Positions 52,785 to 61,911 of a stretch of DNA of 64,000 bases are shown in pieces (position 1 is the first letter of the stretch; each line of letters begins with the position of its first letter). Under the pieces are notes generated by a model. It was not told where the DNA came from. It saw only the letters and a program-made list of their open reading frames with translations, and made no database searches. Origin of the DNA: Nannocystales bacterium (GTDB lineage: Bacteria > Myxococcota_A > Polyangia > Nannocystales > Nannocystaceae). The translations under genes were made by a program, and so were the position numbers. The stretch lies in NCBI GenBank assembly GCA_050633305.1, contig JBOEGF010000005.1:320001-384000 (forward strand), written 5' to 3'.

Positions 52785-53246
52785 TTACGCGGCCTGGCTT
52801 CGAATCCCAGGGACCACGACGCGAAGGGGCGGAAGGGGGTCGGTCGGTGTGCGGATGGCCCACAGCCCCAGGGTTCGCACGTGCGGCTCGAGTCCGCCGA
52901 TCGCGAAGGCAAAGCGCAAGACAGTCGACTCCCCGGCAGGGATGACGAACTCGGCCGGCTGACCCGTGAGTGCGAGGGGCGCAATCTCGAGGCCGTCGTC
53001 GTCGAGCAGCACGCCCTCGAGGTCGATGGTCACGGCGCTCGCTCCGGCGTTCGCGACGGCGCATTCCACAGTGAGTTGACGCTCTGCGTAGCGCGCCTCC
53101 ACCACGTCAATTCGAAGGTCGCGAACCTTCGCTTGGTGTTCGCCCTGTTTGAACGACAACACGAGGTCTTGGTTTCCCGCGCATGCGGTTGGCAGACCGA
53201 GGAGGAGTGCAGCCAGAGCGCCGAAGGCCGCTCTACGAACCGTCAT
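52785..53246 (-). CDS. Hypothetical lipoprotein, probable Ig-like sandwich
   Basis: Signal ending PTACAG; V.N.G....I.L and IPAGES..L.F.F pattern. Confidence 0.7.
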   Translation of the reverse strand: MTVRRAAFGALAALLLGLPTACAGNQDLVLSFKQGEHQAKVRDLRIDVVEARYAERQLTVECAVANAGASAVTIDLEGVLLDDDGLEIAPLALTGQPAEFVIPAGESTVLRFAFAIGGLEPHVRTLGLWAIRTPTDPLPPLRVVVPGIRSQAA

Positions 53247-53270
53247 GGTTCCATGGTACACGGGCGGGCG

Positions 53271-54530
53271 ATGAAGCTCGCAATCCCGTCCTTCCAGTTC
53301 CGCTTCGTCCCGTCGATGGGCAACGTGGTGTTCCCCGGGAACTTCCATCCGGTTGGTACTCAGAAGGCCGCCGACGCGATGCTCGAGCGCGTTGGCGCCT
53401 GTGAGTCGCAAGGTGGGGAAAACTGGTTGGTCGTAGGCGGATCCGGTGGTTTCGGGAGCGCTGCGCGTGCGGTCTTGGGCGGGCGTCACGGCGCGAACAC
53501 ACTGAACGTCTCGCTTGATGCGCAGCCCACACCGGAGAGCAACAACAAGATTCGGAAGATCGGCTCCCCGGGATTCCACCGGACGTTCGCGCTGGAGCGT
53601 GGGCTGACCGAGCGTGGCACGAAGGCTGGCTCGATCATCGGCGACGCGTTCGACCCCGCGATTCGCGACGAGGTCGTCGCAACCATTCGTGAGAGCTTCG
53701 ACGGAAAGATCAACGGTCTGGTGTGGGCCCTGGCTGCACCTCGCGCCAAGGACCCCCGCACGGGGAAGACTGTGGCCAGCGCCCTGAAGCCGTTGGGAAA
53801 ACCGCTGAACGTCAAGACGTTCACGGGCCGGGACGAGAAGCGCGGCAAGGTCCCTCAAGTTGTCGAGATGGAGCTTCCGCCAGGCAGCCCCGAGGAAGCC
53901 ATCTCCACGATCTTCGTGATGGGCGGTGGCATCGTCCGTCAGTGGATCGACGTGCTCATGGCGGCTGACGTGCTCGCTGAGGGCTTTACGCTGTACACGA
54001 TCAGCTATCGAGGCAACCCCCTCAACGCGGGCATGTACCGCGATGGGCTGATCGGTCTCGCCAAGGCGGACCTCGAGTTCGAGACCGCCGTCCTCAACGC
54101 GCAACTCGAAGAGCGGGTGGGCGGCAAGGCTCTTGCGGTCGAGGGACCCGCCGTGGTCACCGAGGCATCCGGCGGCATCCCTGGCGTCCCGTTCTACCTG
54201 GCGCACATGCTCGAAGTGATGGGGGACAAGTTCGAAGACCCGTTGGCGTCCATGCAACGCATGTTCGCCGGGCACTTCGCCGAGGGTGGTCTCCCCACCG
54301 ACGATGACGGCTTGGTGCGAATGGACGATGTCGAGCTGCAGGAGGCTTTCCAGACCGAGCTCGCGTCTCGGTACGCGGCGGCCGAGGTTGGCTCGACCTT
54401 TGACGACGGGCTCTACGACAGCTTCATGTCGGAGTACTCGAAGACCCGCGGGTTCGACATCGCGGGCGTCGACTACGACGCCGAGTTCGACACGGACACC
54501 GTCTGCGGACTGCCGCCCTCCGAAGGGTGA
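53271..54530 (+). CDS. fabV: Enoyl-ACP / trans-2-enoyl-CoA reductase, FabV/Ter family
   Basis: GGSGGFG, GDAF, LKP, VMGG, SY.G, YRDGLIGLAK (Y-x8-K), VVTEAS..IP, RMDD.EL. Confidence 0.85.
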   Translation: MKLAIPSFQFRFVPSMGNVVFPGNFHPVGTQKAADAMLERVGACESQGGENWLVVGGSGGFGSAARAVLGGRHGANTLNVSLDAQPTPESNNKIRKIGSPGFHRTFALERGLTERGTKAGSIIGDAFDPAIRDEVVATIRESFDGKINGLVWALAAPRAKDPRTGKTVASALKPLGKPLNVKTFTGRDEKRGKVPQVVEMELPPGSPEEAISTIFVMGGGIVRQWIDVLMAADVLAEGFTLYTISYRGNPLNAGMYRDGLIGLAKADLEFETAVLNAQLEERVGGKALAVEGPAVVTEASGGIPGVPFYLAHMLEVMGDKFEDPLASMQRMFAGHFAEGGLPTDDDGLVRMDDVELQEAFQTELASRYAAAEVGSTFDDGLYDSFMSEYSKTRGFDIAGVDYDAEFDTDTVCGLPPSEG

Positions 54531-54637
54531 ACCGACGGTACCGCGAGCGGTTGGACCTATCCGTCCAACCACGACGGCGCGTGCTGAGAGTGCATCCCGC
54601 AGCGCCATCGTGAGGGCCGTGTCATGATGCTCGGTGC

Positions 54638-56254
54638 ATGAACGGGCAGGGCGACGTGGGGACGGTGGCGGGCAGCGATGTCGCGACCTTCGCTGATGCC
54701 CCGCAGCCCGACATCACGCACGAGCGTGTCTCGCCGATGGGCCCGACGACGGCCGGGATCATCGGGCGAGAGATTCTCGGGCAGTACCGCGTCATCTCGA
54801 AGCTGGGTCGCGGGGGCATGGGCACGGTGTTCTTGGCCGAACAGCCGGGCATGAACCGGCAGGTGGCCATCAAGGTCCTGCACGCCGACGTGAGTTCCGA
54901 GCCCGATGCGGCCCGGCGATTTCAGGTCGAAGCCGAGGCCGCCGCGAGGCTTGCCAGCCCGCACATCGTTTCTGTCTACAACTTCGGTCGGCTTGAATCT
55001 GGCGAGCTGTACCTCGCGATGGAGTTCCTCCAGGGGCGAACCCTGCAGGCGGAGCTGGCAACGTACGGCCGCCTTGCGTTGGAGCAGGTTGTCGACTTGG
55101 TGCAGCAGATCGCACGCGGTCTCGACGAGGCGCACCGCAAAGGCGTGATTCACCGCGACCTGAAACCGGGGAACATCATGGTGGTTCGCGGGGCGGATGG
55201 GGATGTCGCCAAGCTGCTGGACTTCGGCATTGCCAAGCTGGATGCAGGCTCAGGGACACAAACCCGGGGGTGGGTGGGTACGCCTCGGTACATGGCGCCC
55301 GAGCAATTCACCGGCGCTGCGATCGACGCGCGGACCGACATCTACGCCCTGGGTCTGATCACCTACGAGATGCTGTGTGGCCGCACGCCGTTCGTCTCCG
55401 ACAACCCGATGAGCTACGTGCACAGCCACGTCTATTCGGCGGTGCCAAGCCTGCAGGAGCTCGTTCCGGGGATGGTTCCGCCGGCGGTGGAGCGCGTGGT
55501 CCTCTCTGCGTTGGCGAAAGACCCCGGCGGACGTCCGCACAGCGCGTCGGCGTTTGCGGATGCGCTGCGAGCCTCACTGCATACGGCTCCACGCGCGCCC
55601 GAGGACCCCTCGGTACTACCCATCGTCCTCGCAGCGGGTTTGGGTGTTGCCGCTGTTGCCGGGTTGGGGTGGTGGGCACTCTCGCAGTGGGGCACTTCCG
55701 GTGCGGATGTCGATGTGCCCTCGCCGGAAGCCGCGGTCGAGCCGGATTCGTCCGGGGCTCCCCCTGCCGCGGAGCCAGGGCTACACGTGCCTCAGGTTCC
55801 CGCCGACGAGGGCTTCGACCCTGCCTACGTCGCGACGCTTCCGGAGGCATTCAAGGCGCTGGTGGACCTCGATGAGGTTGAGCTCCTCAAACGCCTGGAC
55901 GCGCGGATGTCTGTGTACCCCCCGAGCATGCGTTCCCAGATCCGCGGGCAGTACACCCTGCAGCTCGCCGCGATGCCGCGCGAGCCCGCGACGCCTCGCC
56001 GAGCGATGCTGATCAACGCGATTGTCGGAATGGACACCGCGCAGAAGTATTTGCCCGAGGATCCGCGGACGACCAAGGAGCTGGTCGCTGACTACCTCTC
56101 TCGTCCGGGCCCAATCCCAAGGGCGAGTCGACAGGAGATCATCGACAACATGCGGGCTGCGGTTCGCGAGGAGGCTGATCGAGACTGGACCGTCCGTCAG
56201 TGGCTGATCAGCCTCGAGGAGCACGAGTCGAAGACCGAATCGGACGGCGCCTAG
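54638..56254 (+). CDS. Ser/Thr kinase with TM and helical extracytoplasmic domain
   Basis: GRGGMGTV, VAIK, HRDLKPGN, DFG, GTPRYMAPE. Confidence 0.94.
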   Translation: MNGQGDVGTVAGSDVATFADAPQPDITHERVSPMGPTTAGIIGREILGQYRVISKLGRGGMGTVFLAEQPGMNRQVAIKVLHADVSSEPDAARRFQVEAEAAARLASPHIVSVYNFGRLESGELYLAMEFLQGRTLQAELATYGRLALEQVVDLVQQIARGLDEAHRKGVIHRDLKPGNIMVVRGADGDVAKLLDFGIAKLDAGSGTQTRGWVGTPRYMAPEQFTGAAIDARTDIYALGLITYEMLCGRTPFVSDNPMSYVHSHVYSAVPSLQELVPGMVPPAVERVVLSALAKDPGGRPHSASAFADALRASLHTAPRAPEDPSVLPIVLAAGLGVAAVAGLGWWALSQWGTSGADVDVPSPEAAVEPDSSGAPPAAEPGLHVPQVPADEGFDPAYVATLPEAFKALVDLDEVELLKRLDARMSVYPPSMRSQIRGQYTLQLAAMPREPATPRRAMLINAIVGMDTAQKYLPEDPRTTKELVADYLSRPGPIPRASRQEIIDNMRAAVREEADRDWTVRQWLISLEEHESKTESDGA

Positions 56255-56853
56255 AGTCCGCGGAGCGTCCCGGCGGCGGCGTCCAGGTCGAAGTCTTGGC
56301 CCGGAGCCATGAGCCGCTCGATCGCTTCTTGGAGTTTGCCTCGTGCCCGGTGGAGCCGGACCCGGACCGCTCCCGCGGTGATTTGCAGGACCACAGCGAT
56401 CTCCGGACCGCTGAGGGCTTCCCAGTAGAACAGCTCGAGCAGCGTCTGCTCGTCGACCGACACCTGCTGGAGCGCGAGCAACAGCAGTTCGTGTTCCTGC
56501 CGTGCCGCGACGATTGAACTCGGTGTCATGCCCATGGCGGCGACTGAGGAGACGCCAAGATCTTCGTCGAGCAGGTTGCGCTGGCTGGTGCGCGAGCGGA
56601 AGAACTTGAAGAGCTGGTTGCGGGCGATCGCAAACAGAAACGTGCGAAACGAGGCGTCCTCGCGGAAGCGCTCCTGGCTCTCGACGCAGCCGACGAACGT
56701 GCGTTGAATGAGATCCTCGACGTCGTCCGGCGAAACCTTGTTGCGGAAGAACCGGCGCACCGAGGCGAAATGGCGTCGGAACAGGGCATTGCCGGCATCT
56801 GCGTTGCCTGCCCGCCACTGCCCAAGCAGCGTTCGATCATCCTCCTGCACCAT
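56251..56853 (-). CDS. ECF sigma-70 factor
   Basis: DVEDLIQRTF, SFRTFLFAIARN, LELFYWEALSGPEIA, VRVRLHRAR. Confidence 0.92.
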   Translation of the reverse strand: MVQEDDRTLLGQWRAGNADAGNALFRRHFASVRRFFRNKVSPDDVEDLIQRTFVGCVESQERFREDASFRTFLFAIARNQLFKFFRSRTSQRNLLDEDLGVSSVAAMGMTPSSIVAARQEHELLLLALQQVSVDEQTLLELFYWEALSGPEIAVVLQITAGAVRVRLHRARGKLQEAIERLMAPGQDFDLDAAAGTLRGL

Positions 56854-56959
56854 GCGCCGAGGCTTCGAGCGTACAACGCGGGAGGAGGTCGAGCAGACGC
56901 GTTCTGTTGTTCTTGTCGCCAGCCGCTCGAATTCGGCCCTTGACGGCCCGCTTAGACAT

Positions 56960-56975
56960 GTGACCAAATGGTCAC
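56960..56975. promoter_or_regulatory. Palindromic operator, likely ArsR autoregulation
   Basis: Perfect GTGACC-AAAT-GGTCAC, 3 nt upstream of the TTG start. Confidence 0.7.
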
Positions 56976-56978
56976 GCT

Positions 56979-57770
56979 TTGACTCCGGACGACAACGGGC
57001 TCTGGAAAGCCCTCGGCGACCCGACCCGACGTGCGTTGCTCGACCACCTTCGAGCCGGCCCACGCACGACGGGCGCGTTGTGTGCGGAGTTCGACATGAG
57101 TCGGTTTGGGGTGATGAAGCACCTCAAGCAGCTCGAGGAGGCCGGGTTGGTTCTGGTGCGTCGCCAGGGCCGACAACGCTTCAACCACCTCAACGCCGTC
57201 CCGATCGAGCGCATCGCGCAGCGATGGATGGGCCGGCTTACCCGAGACTCGGCGCGGCGTTTGCTCGCGCTCGAGGAGCACCTCGAACAAACACGAGAGC
57301 CAGACACGATGAGCAACCAACCGTCCTTCAGTTTTCACATCGAGCAAGCCATCACCCTGAACGCACCACCCGAGCGGGTCTGGCGGGCGATCACCCACGA
57401 GGTCGCGTCATGGTGGGGATTCCACATCGGGCCCAGCGATTCGGAGATCACGCTCGAACCACGCGTGGGCGGGCAGTTCATCGAACGCTGGGGGGACGGA
57501 GAGGGCGAACTCTACGCGACCGTCACGTTCATGCGTGCGGGCAAGAAGATCACGCTGGAGGGCGGGATGGGGCTTGGGGGTCCTGGATTCAGCAAGTTCA
57601 GCTACGCGCTCGAAGCGAGCGGTGAGGGCACCGTGGTGAGCTTCAACCACTACTGCCATGGGGCGGCAACCCCTGACGTCGAGGCGAGTTTTCGCGAAGG
57701 TTGGGCAGCTCTACTCGGCGAGAGCCTCCCAGCCTGGGTGCACGACGGCAAAGTTGCCGAGCCCGGCTGA
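56979..57770 (+). CDS. ArsR/SmtB HTH fused to SRPBCC (AHSA1/START-like) domain
   Basis: KALGDPTRR.LL..L, MSRFGVMKHL..LEEAGLV; APPERVWRAIT...WW. Confidence 0.88.
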   Translation: MTPDDNGLWKALGDPTRRALLDHLRAGPRTTGALCAEFDMSRFGVMKHLKQLEEAGLVLVRRQGRQRFNHLNAVPIERIAQRWMGRLTRDSARRLLALEEHLEQTREPDTMSNQPSFSFHIEQAITLNAPPERVWRAITHEVASWWGFHIGPSDSEITLEPRVGGQFIERWGDGEGELYATVTFMRAGKKITLEGGMGLGGPGFSKFSYALEASGEGTVVSFNHYCHGAATPDVEASFREGWAALLGESLPAWVHDGKVAEPG

Positions 57771-57804
57771 TCCCCGCGACGACACTCGCCAGCGTCGAAG
57801 TGAA

Positions 57805-57835
57805 AGAGGCACCGTGCGAATGCGACGGTGCCTCT
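57805..57835 (-). terminator. Terminator hairpin between convergent genes
   Basis: AGAGGCACCGT-gcgaatgcg-ACGGTGCCTCT perfect 11-bp stem; short T-run follows on the minus strand. Confidence 0.7.
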
Positions 57836-57858
57836 GTACGTGAGCGCGGAGCGTTCGG

Positions 57859-58173
57859 CTAGACTTCGCCGTTCTTCGCCTTGACGATCCACTTCTCGAT
57901 TTCGCCGCCGACCACCTTCTCGATCTTGCCTTCGAACGGCTTGAAGATGAATGGGATCTTGCCTTCGATGCGAACCTCGTCGTCCGTGATTTCGAAGTCG
58001 GTGTTGAGGGACTTCTTCATCACCGAGAACGAAACGGTGGCGTTCCGGTCGTCCTTCCAGGTGAGGCTCGGGCTGTACTCCGAAAGCCGTTCTTTGTAGG
58101 AATCGTAGGCCTTCTCGATGACGGCTTTCACCCGGTCGAGGTCGTCGATCCCGTGCTTGGTGACGTATTTCAT
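57859..58173 (-). CDS. Polyhydroxyalkanoic acid system family protein (PHA_gran_rgn-like)
   Basis: 104 aa; H near the N-terminus, W, V.I.G.IPF.F.PF..KIE..V..E pattern. Confidence 0.7.
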   Translation of the reverse strand: MKYVTKHGIDDLDRVKAVIEKAYDSYKERLSEYSPSLTWKDDRNATVSFSVMKKSLNTDFEITDDEVRIEGKIPFIFKPFEGKIEKVVGGEIEKWIVKAKNGEV

Positions 58174-58373
58174 GTTCGTGTTCCAGGCGGCACGAGACGC
58201 CGCCTGGCGAAACTATAGCAACCGAGCGCACCCATTCGACAGCTGCGAGTGCGAGAACCCATCTAGGCCATCCGCCTGGCCGCGTGGGGCCCGCTGAGAC
58301 GCCCGTGGGCCGGGGACTCAAATCGTCTGACGAGCAGGCGTTCCCTGCACACTAGGGCTATCGTGCGCTCCGC

Positions 58374-61300
58374 ATGGCCTCGATGGGTTCTTCCAAGCGA
58401 TGGCGCTTGCTGTTCCTGCTGTTCTTCGCTTCGGGGGTCAGTGGTCTGATCTACGAGTCGATCTGGTCGCGGTACATCAAGCAGCTCGTCGGGAGCGCTG
58501 CCGAGGCGCAGATCCTGGTCCTCAGCCTGTTCATGGGAGGCATGTCCCTGGGAGCGTTGCTCTCGGGGCGGTTGTTGGCGCGGGTTCGGGTCCCGATCGT
58601 CGCCTACGGTGTCATCGAGGGATTGATCGGCTTGTACGCGTTGGCGTTCCCGTACCTCTTCGCGTTCACCTCGCGCGTCGCCTACGACACCGTGTTTCCA
58701 GCGTTGGGCGGAGGGTCGTCGGTGTTGCTGGCCAAGTGGGTCATCGCTGCGTTGCTCATCGTCCCTCCGTGCCTTCTGCTAGGGATGACGTTCCCGCTGA
58801 TGTCCGTGGGAATTCTACGGCGGGAGAAACGGCGGTCGGGCGAGGTGTTGGCGGTGCTGTATTTCTCCAACTCGCTTGGTGCTGCGTTCGGAGCGCTGCT
58901 CAGCGGGTTCGCGCTCGTGCCGTGGCTGGGGTTGCCCGGCGCGTTGATGGTCGGCGCTGCCGTGAACCTCGTGATCATGGTGGTTGCCGTGCGCGATCGG
59001 GAGGTCGCCGAGCCGATCGCCGAGAATTCGGAGCCGGGCGGGAACGGCGGGCACATGGTGTTGCTGTACCTGGCAGTGGCGTTCGGGACCGGGCTCTCCT
59101 CGTTTCTCTACGAGGTCGGATGGATTCGTCTGTTGTCGATGGTCCTCGGAAGCGCGACGCACTCGTTCGAGGTGATGCTGTCCGCGTTTGTCTTCGGTCT
59201 TGCGCTCGGCGGGTTCTGGGTACGCAAGCGGATGGACAAGTTCAAGCGGCCGGAGCTCACGCTGGCGATCGTTCAGATCATCATGGGCGTGTGTGCCGTC
59301 GCGACGTTGCCCGCGTACGAAGTCGCGGTGGAGGCGATGGCGTGGTTGCTGAGCCCCGCCGAGCGCACGGTGTCCCTGTGGTACCAGTTCAACGTCCTGC
59401 GTTACCTGCTGTGCTTGCTGATCATGCTCCCGGCCACGTTCTGCGCAGGCATGACACTTCCACTGCTCACCCACTTGATGCTGGGCCGCGGACAGTCGGA
59501 GGCGGTTGTGGGTCGGGTCTACGGGGTGAACACGCTCGGGGCGATCACCGGCGCGACGCTGGGCGGGTTGGTGCTCATGCCGTTGCTTCGCCTGCAGGGG
59601 TTGATCGTCATCGGAGCCCTTGCGGACATGCTCCTGGGGATCGCCCTAATCCGGGGAGAGATTCGCCAGGGGAGGGCCAACGCGCTCACGCCCAAGCTCC
59701 TACGAACCGCCACCATCGGCGCCGTGTTGGTGACCGTGTCTGGGCTCCTCATCAAGCTTGATCCGATGGTGCTGACCTCGACGGTGTTTCGGAAGAGCCG
59801 CACATCGCTGCCCGACTCGTTCGAGGTGCTCAGCTACGTGGATGGCCGTACCGCGACCGTCGCCGTGGTCGAGAACATCCACTATCCCGGGTACCGGATC
59901 ATCTACACCAACGGAAAACCGGACGCCTCGGTCATCCTCAACCGTTGGCCACAGGACCGCGATCCGCTCGATGGCCCCGACATCGCCGGCGATGAACCGA
60001 ACCAGTTCTTGGTCGGGCTGGTCCCGCTCATGGTCCGCCCCGATGCCAAGAACGCTGCGCTGATCGGATTCGGCTCGGGTGTCACGTGCCACACCGTGCT
60101 TGGCTCGCCCACCCTAGAGCGGCTCGACACCGTTGAGATTGAGCCGGAGATGGTCGAGGGGTCCAAGTTCTTCCGGGCGGTGAACTGGCGGGCATACGAC
60201 GACGAGCGCAGCCACATCCACTTCGACGACGCGAAGGCCTTCTTCGCCAGTTCTGGCATCAAGTACGACTTCATCGTCTCCGAGCCCACAAACCCCTGGG
60301 TAAGCGGGGTCTCGAGCTTGTTCACGGTCGAGTTCTACCAAGAGACCAAACGCTACCTCGCCGAGGATGGCGTGCTTGCGCAGTGGCTTCAGGGGTACGA
60401 ACTCTCCGACGACCTGCTCATCAGTGTTCTCGCCGCGCTGGATCAGGAGTTCGAGGACTATCTGATCGTGCGGATCGGCTCGCGCGACTGGGTGATTCTC
60501 TCGTCCCCCAAAGGACGTATCGGCCCGCTTTCGAACGAGCCCCTCTCTTGGCCTGGAGCGCACGAGAGCTTCTCGCTGCTTGGGATTCACGACATCGCTC
60601 AGATCGACGGGCTCATCGTCGCCAACCGACAGCTCTTGCACCCCTTCCTTCGGGACCGCCAGCCCAACCGCGACAGTCACCCCATCCTCGATACCGGAGC
60701 CGAGCGCGAGCGGTTCCTTCGCTCGTCGGCCGAGTTCTTGCACAAACTCCGTTTTTCGCCCGCCCCGTTGACGGAGACACTGGCTTCGGTGGAGCGCCGA
60801 CCCTACCCGCTCTCGGGGATCGGGGACCTTCGAAAGCCTCACATCCTGTACGAGTCCGAGCAGGCGGTCCTGTTGATGCGGCGCTACGTGGACCCCGGAG
60901 CCCCTGTTCCGGCGACCATGTCCGCGGCTGCGATGGACCACTGGCAGTCGATGACGCGGTTTATCGACAGTGACCCCGAGCCCTGGTCGCGCTGGATGTA
61001 CGCCACGTACGAAATCTACGCGCAGGTGGCCTCCCATCTTCCGATTCACGAGACGCCGTTTTGGCAGCACGTCCGCACGCTCATGTTGCGGGACGATGTG
61101 CCCCCTCAGGTTCGGGATGCGGTCGCGCTGTTGACCGATTTGTCGAGACGGGACGGTGAATCGCTGCTGCCCTTGGTCCAACGATCCTTGGAGTCTGAGG
61201 GGTTTCCTCTGCCGTTGGAACTTCGGACGATCGCTGGCGTGGTGGCGTTGGAGGAGACGAGTGCCTCACCAGCCGAGCGACAGGCGTTCGTCGACCGTTG

Positions 61301-61379
61301 GATGATGGATGTCGCGACGGGGAACAGCAGCGAAGACCTGGCGTACCAGGTTGTCCGTGCCTACGCGGCTCGAGAGTAG
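58374..61379 (+). CDS. Fused MFS-like membrane domain / spermidine synthase-like methyltransferase
   Basis: SG..GLIYE..W and LY..N.LG repeats; IGFGSGVT, VEIEPEMV, DDAK, YDFIVSEPTNPW. Confidence 0.9.
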   Translation: MASMGSSKRWRLLFLLFFASGVSGLIYESIWSRYIKQLVGSAAEAQILVLSLFMGGMSLGALLSGRLLARVRVPIVAYGVIEGLIGLYALAFPYLFAFTSRVAYDTVFPALGGGSSVLLAKWVIAALLIVPPCLLLGMTFPLMSVGILRREKRRSGEVLAVLYFSNSLGAAFGALLSGFALVPWLGLPGALMVGAAVNLVIMVVAVRDREVAEPIAENSEPGGNGGHMVLLYLAVAFGTGLSSFLYEVGWIRLLSMVLGSATHSFEVMLSAFVFGLALGGFWVRKRMDKFKRPELTLAIVQIIMGVCAVATLPAYEVAVEAMAWLLSPAERTVSLWYQFNVLRYLLCLLIMLPATFCAGMTLPLLTHLMLGRGQSEAVVGRVYGVNTLGAITGATLGGLVLMPLLRLQGLIVIGALADMLLGIALIRGEIRQGRANALTPKLLRTATIGAVLVTVSGLLIKLDPMVLTSTVFRKSRTSLPDSFEVLSYVDGRTATVAVVENIHYPGYRIIYTNGKPDASVILNRWPQDRDPLDGPDIAGDEPNQFLVGLVPLMVRPDAKNAALIGFGSGVTCHTVLGSPTLERLDTVEIEPEMVEGSKFFRAVNWRAYDDERSHIHFDDAKAFFASSGIKYDFIVSEPTNPWVSGVSSLFTVEFYQETKRYLAEDGVLAQWLQGYELSDDLLISVLAALDQEFEDYLIVRIGSRDWVILSSPKGRIGPLSNEPLSWPGAHESFSLLGIHDIAQIDGLIVANRQLLHPFLRDRQPNRDSHPILDTGAERERFLRSSAEFLHKLRFSPAPLTETLASVERRPYPLSGIGDLRKPHILYESEQAVLLMRRYVDPGAPVPATMSAAAMDHWQSMTRFIDSDPEPWSRWMYATYEIYAQVASHLPIHETPFWQHVRTLMLRDDVPPQVRDAVALLTDLSRRDGESLLPLVQRSLESEGFPLPLELRTIAGVVALEETSASPAERQAFVDRWMMDVATGNSSEDLAYQVVRAYAARE

Positions 61380-61392
61380 GCGCGCGGCGGGC

Positions 61393-61869
61393 TCAAGACG
61401 AAGGCGGTTCGGTGTTGGTGCGCTGTGCCTGCCGTAGGCCGCTGAGTCCCACGACAAGGACGCCGGCGGTGGAGGCGGCCATGTTCGCCAGTACCGGAAC
61501 GAGCGACGCTCCGAACATGAAGCAGAACGTCGCGAGGATGGCCGGGATCTGCGGCAGCGACGTGAACAGCACCAGGGAGTCGAAGGTGTCCTTGTCTCGG
61601 AAGCGTTGGGTCTGTTCTTCGGGCGGTCGCGCCGCCATGCGTCTCTCGATCCGGCGGGCTTGAGCACGAACGCCGAACCAGGTGGTGAGCGCGACCAAGC
61701 TCAACAGGCTCCAAACCGGCAGCTCCAGCGACGGCCGAAGGTACGCCCGCACCTCGTCGAACTCGGGCGGAAACATCAGCTGGCGCAGGTACGTCTCCGC
61801 GACCAGGGCCATCGGCGTGGAGAGGGCGACGAGCGCCAGCATCAGCCAGGTCTGTCGCCGCAGCGTCAT
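61393..61869 (-). CDS. Small 4-TM hypothetical protein
   Basis: Four hydrophobic segments. Confidence 0.7.
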   Translation of the reverse strand: MTLRRQTWLMLALVALSTPMALVAETYLRQLMFPPEFDEVRAYLRPSLELPVWSLLSLVALTTWFGVRAQARRIERRMAARPPEEQTQRFRDKDTFDSLVLFTSLPQIPAILATFCFMFGASLVPVLANMAASTAGVLVVGLSGLRQAQRTNTEPPSS

Positions 61870-61911
61870 GACCTGGGCATGATAGCCGGTCGACCGCCTG
61901 CTACACGACCT

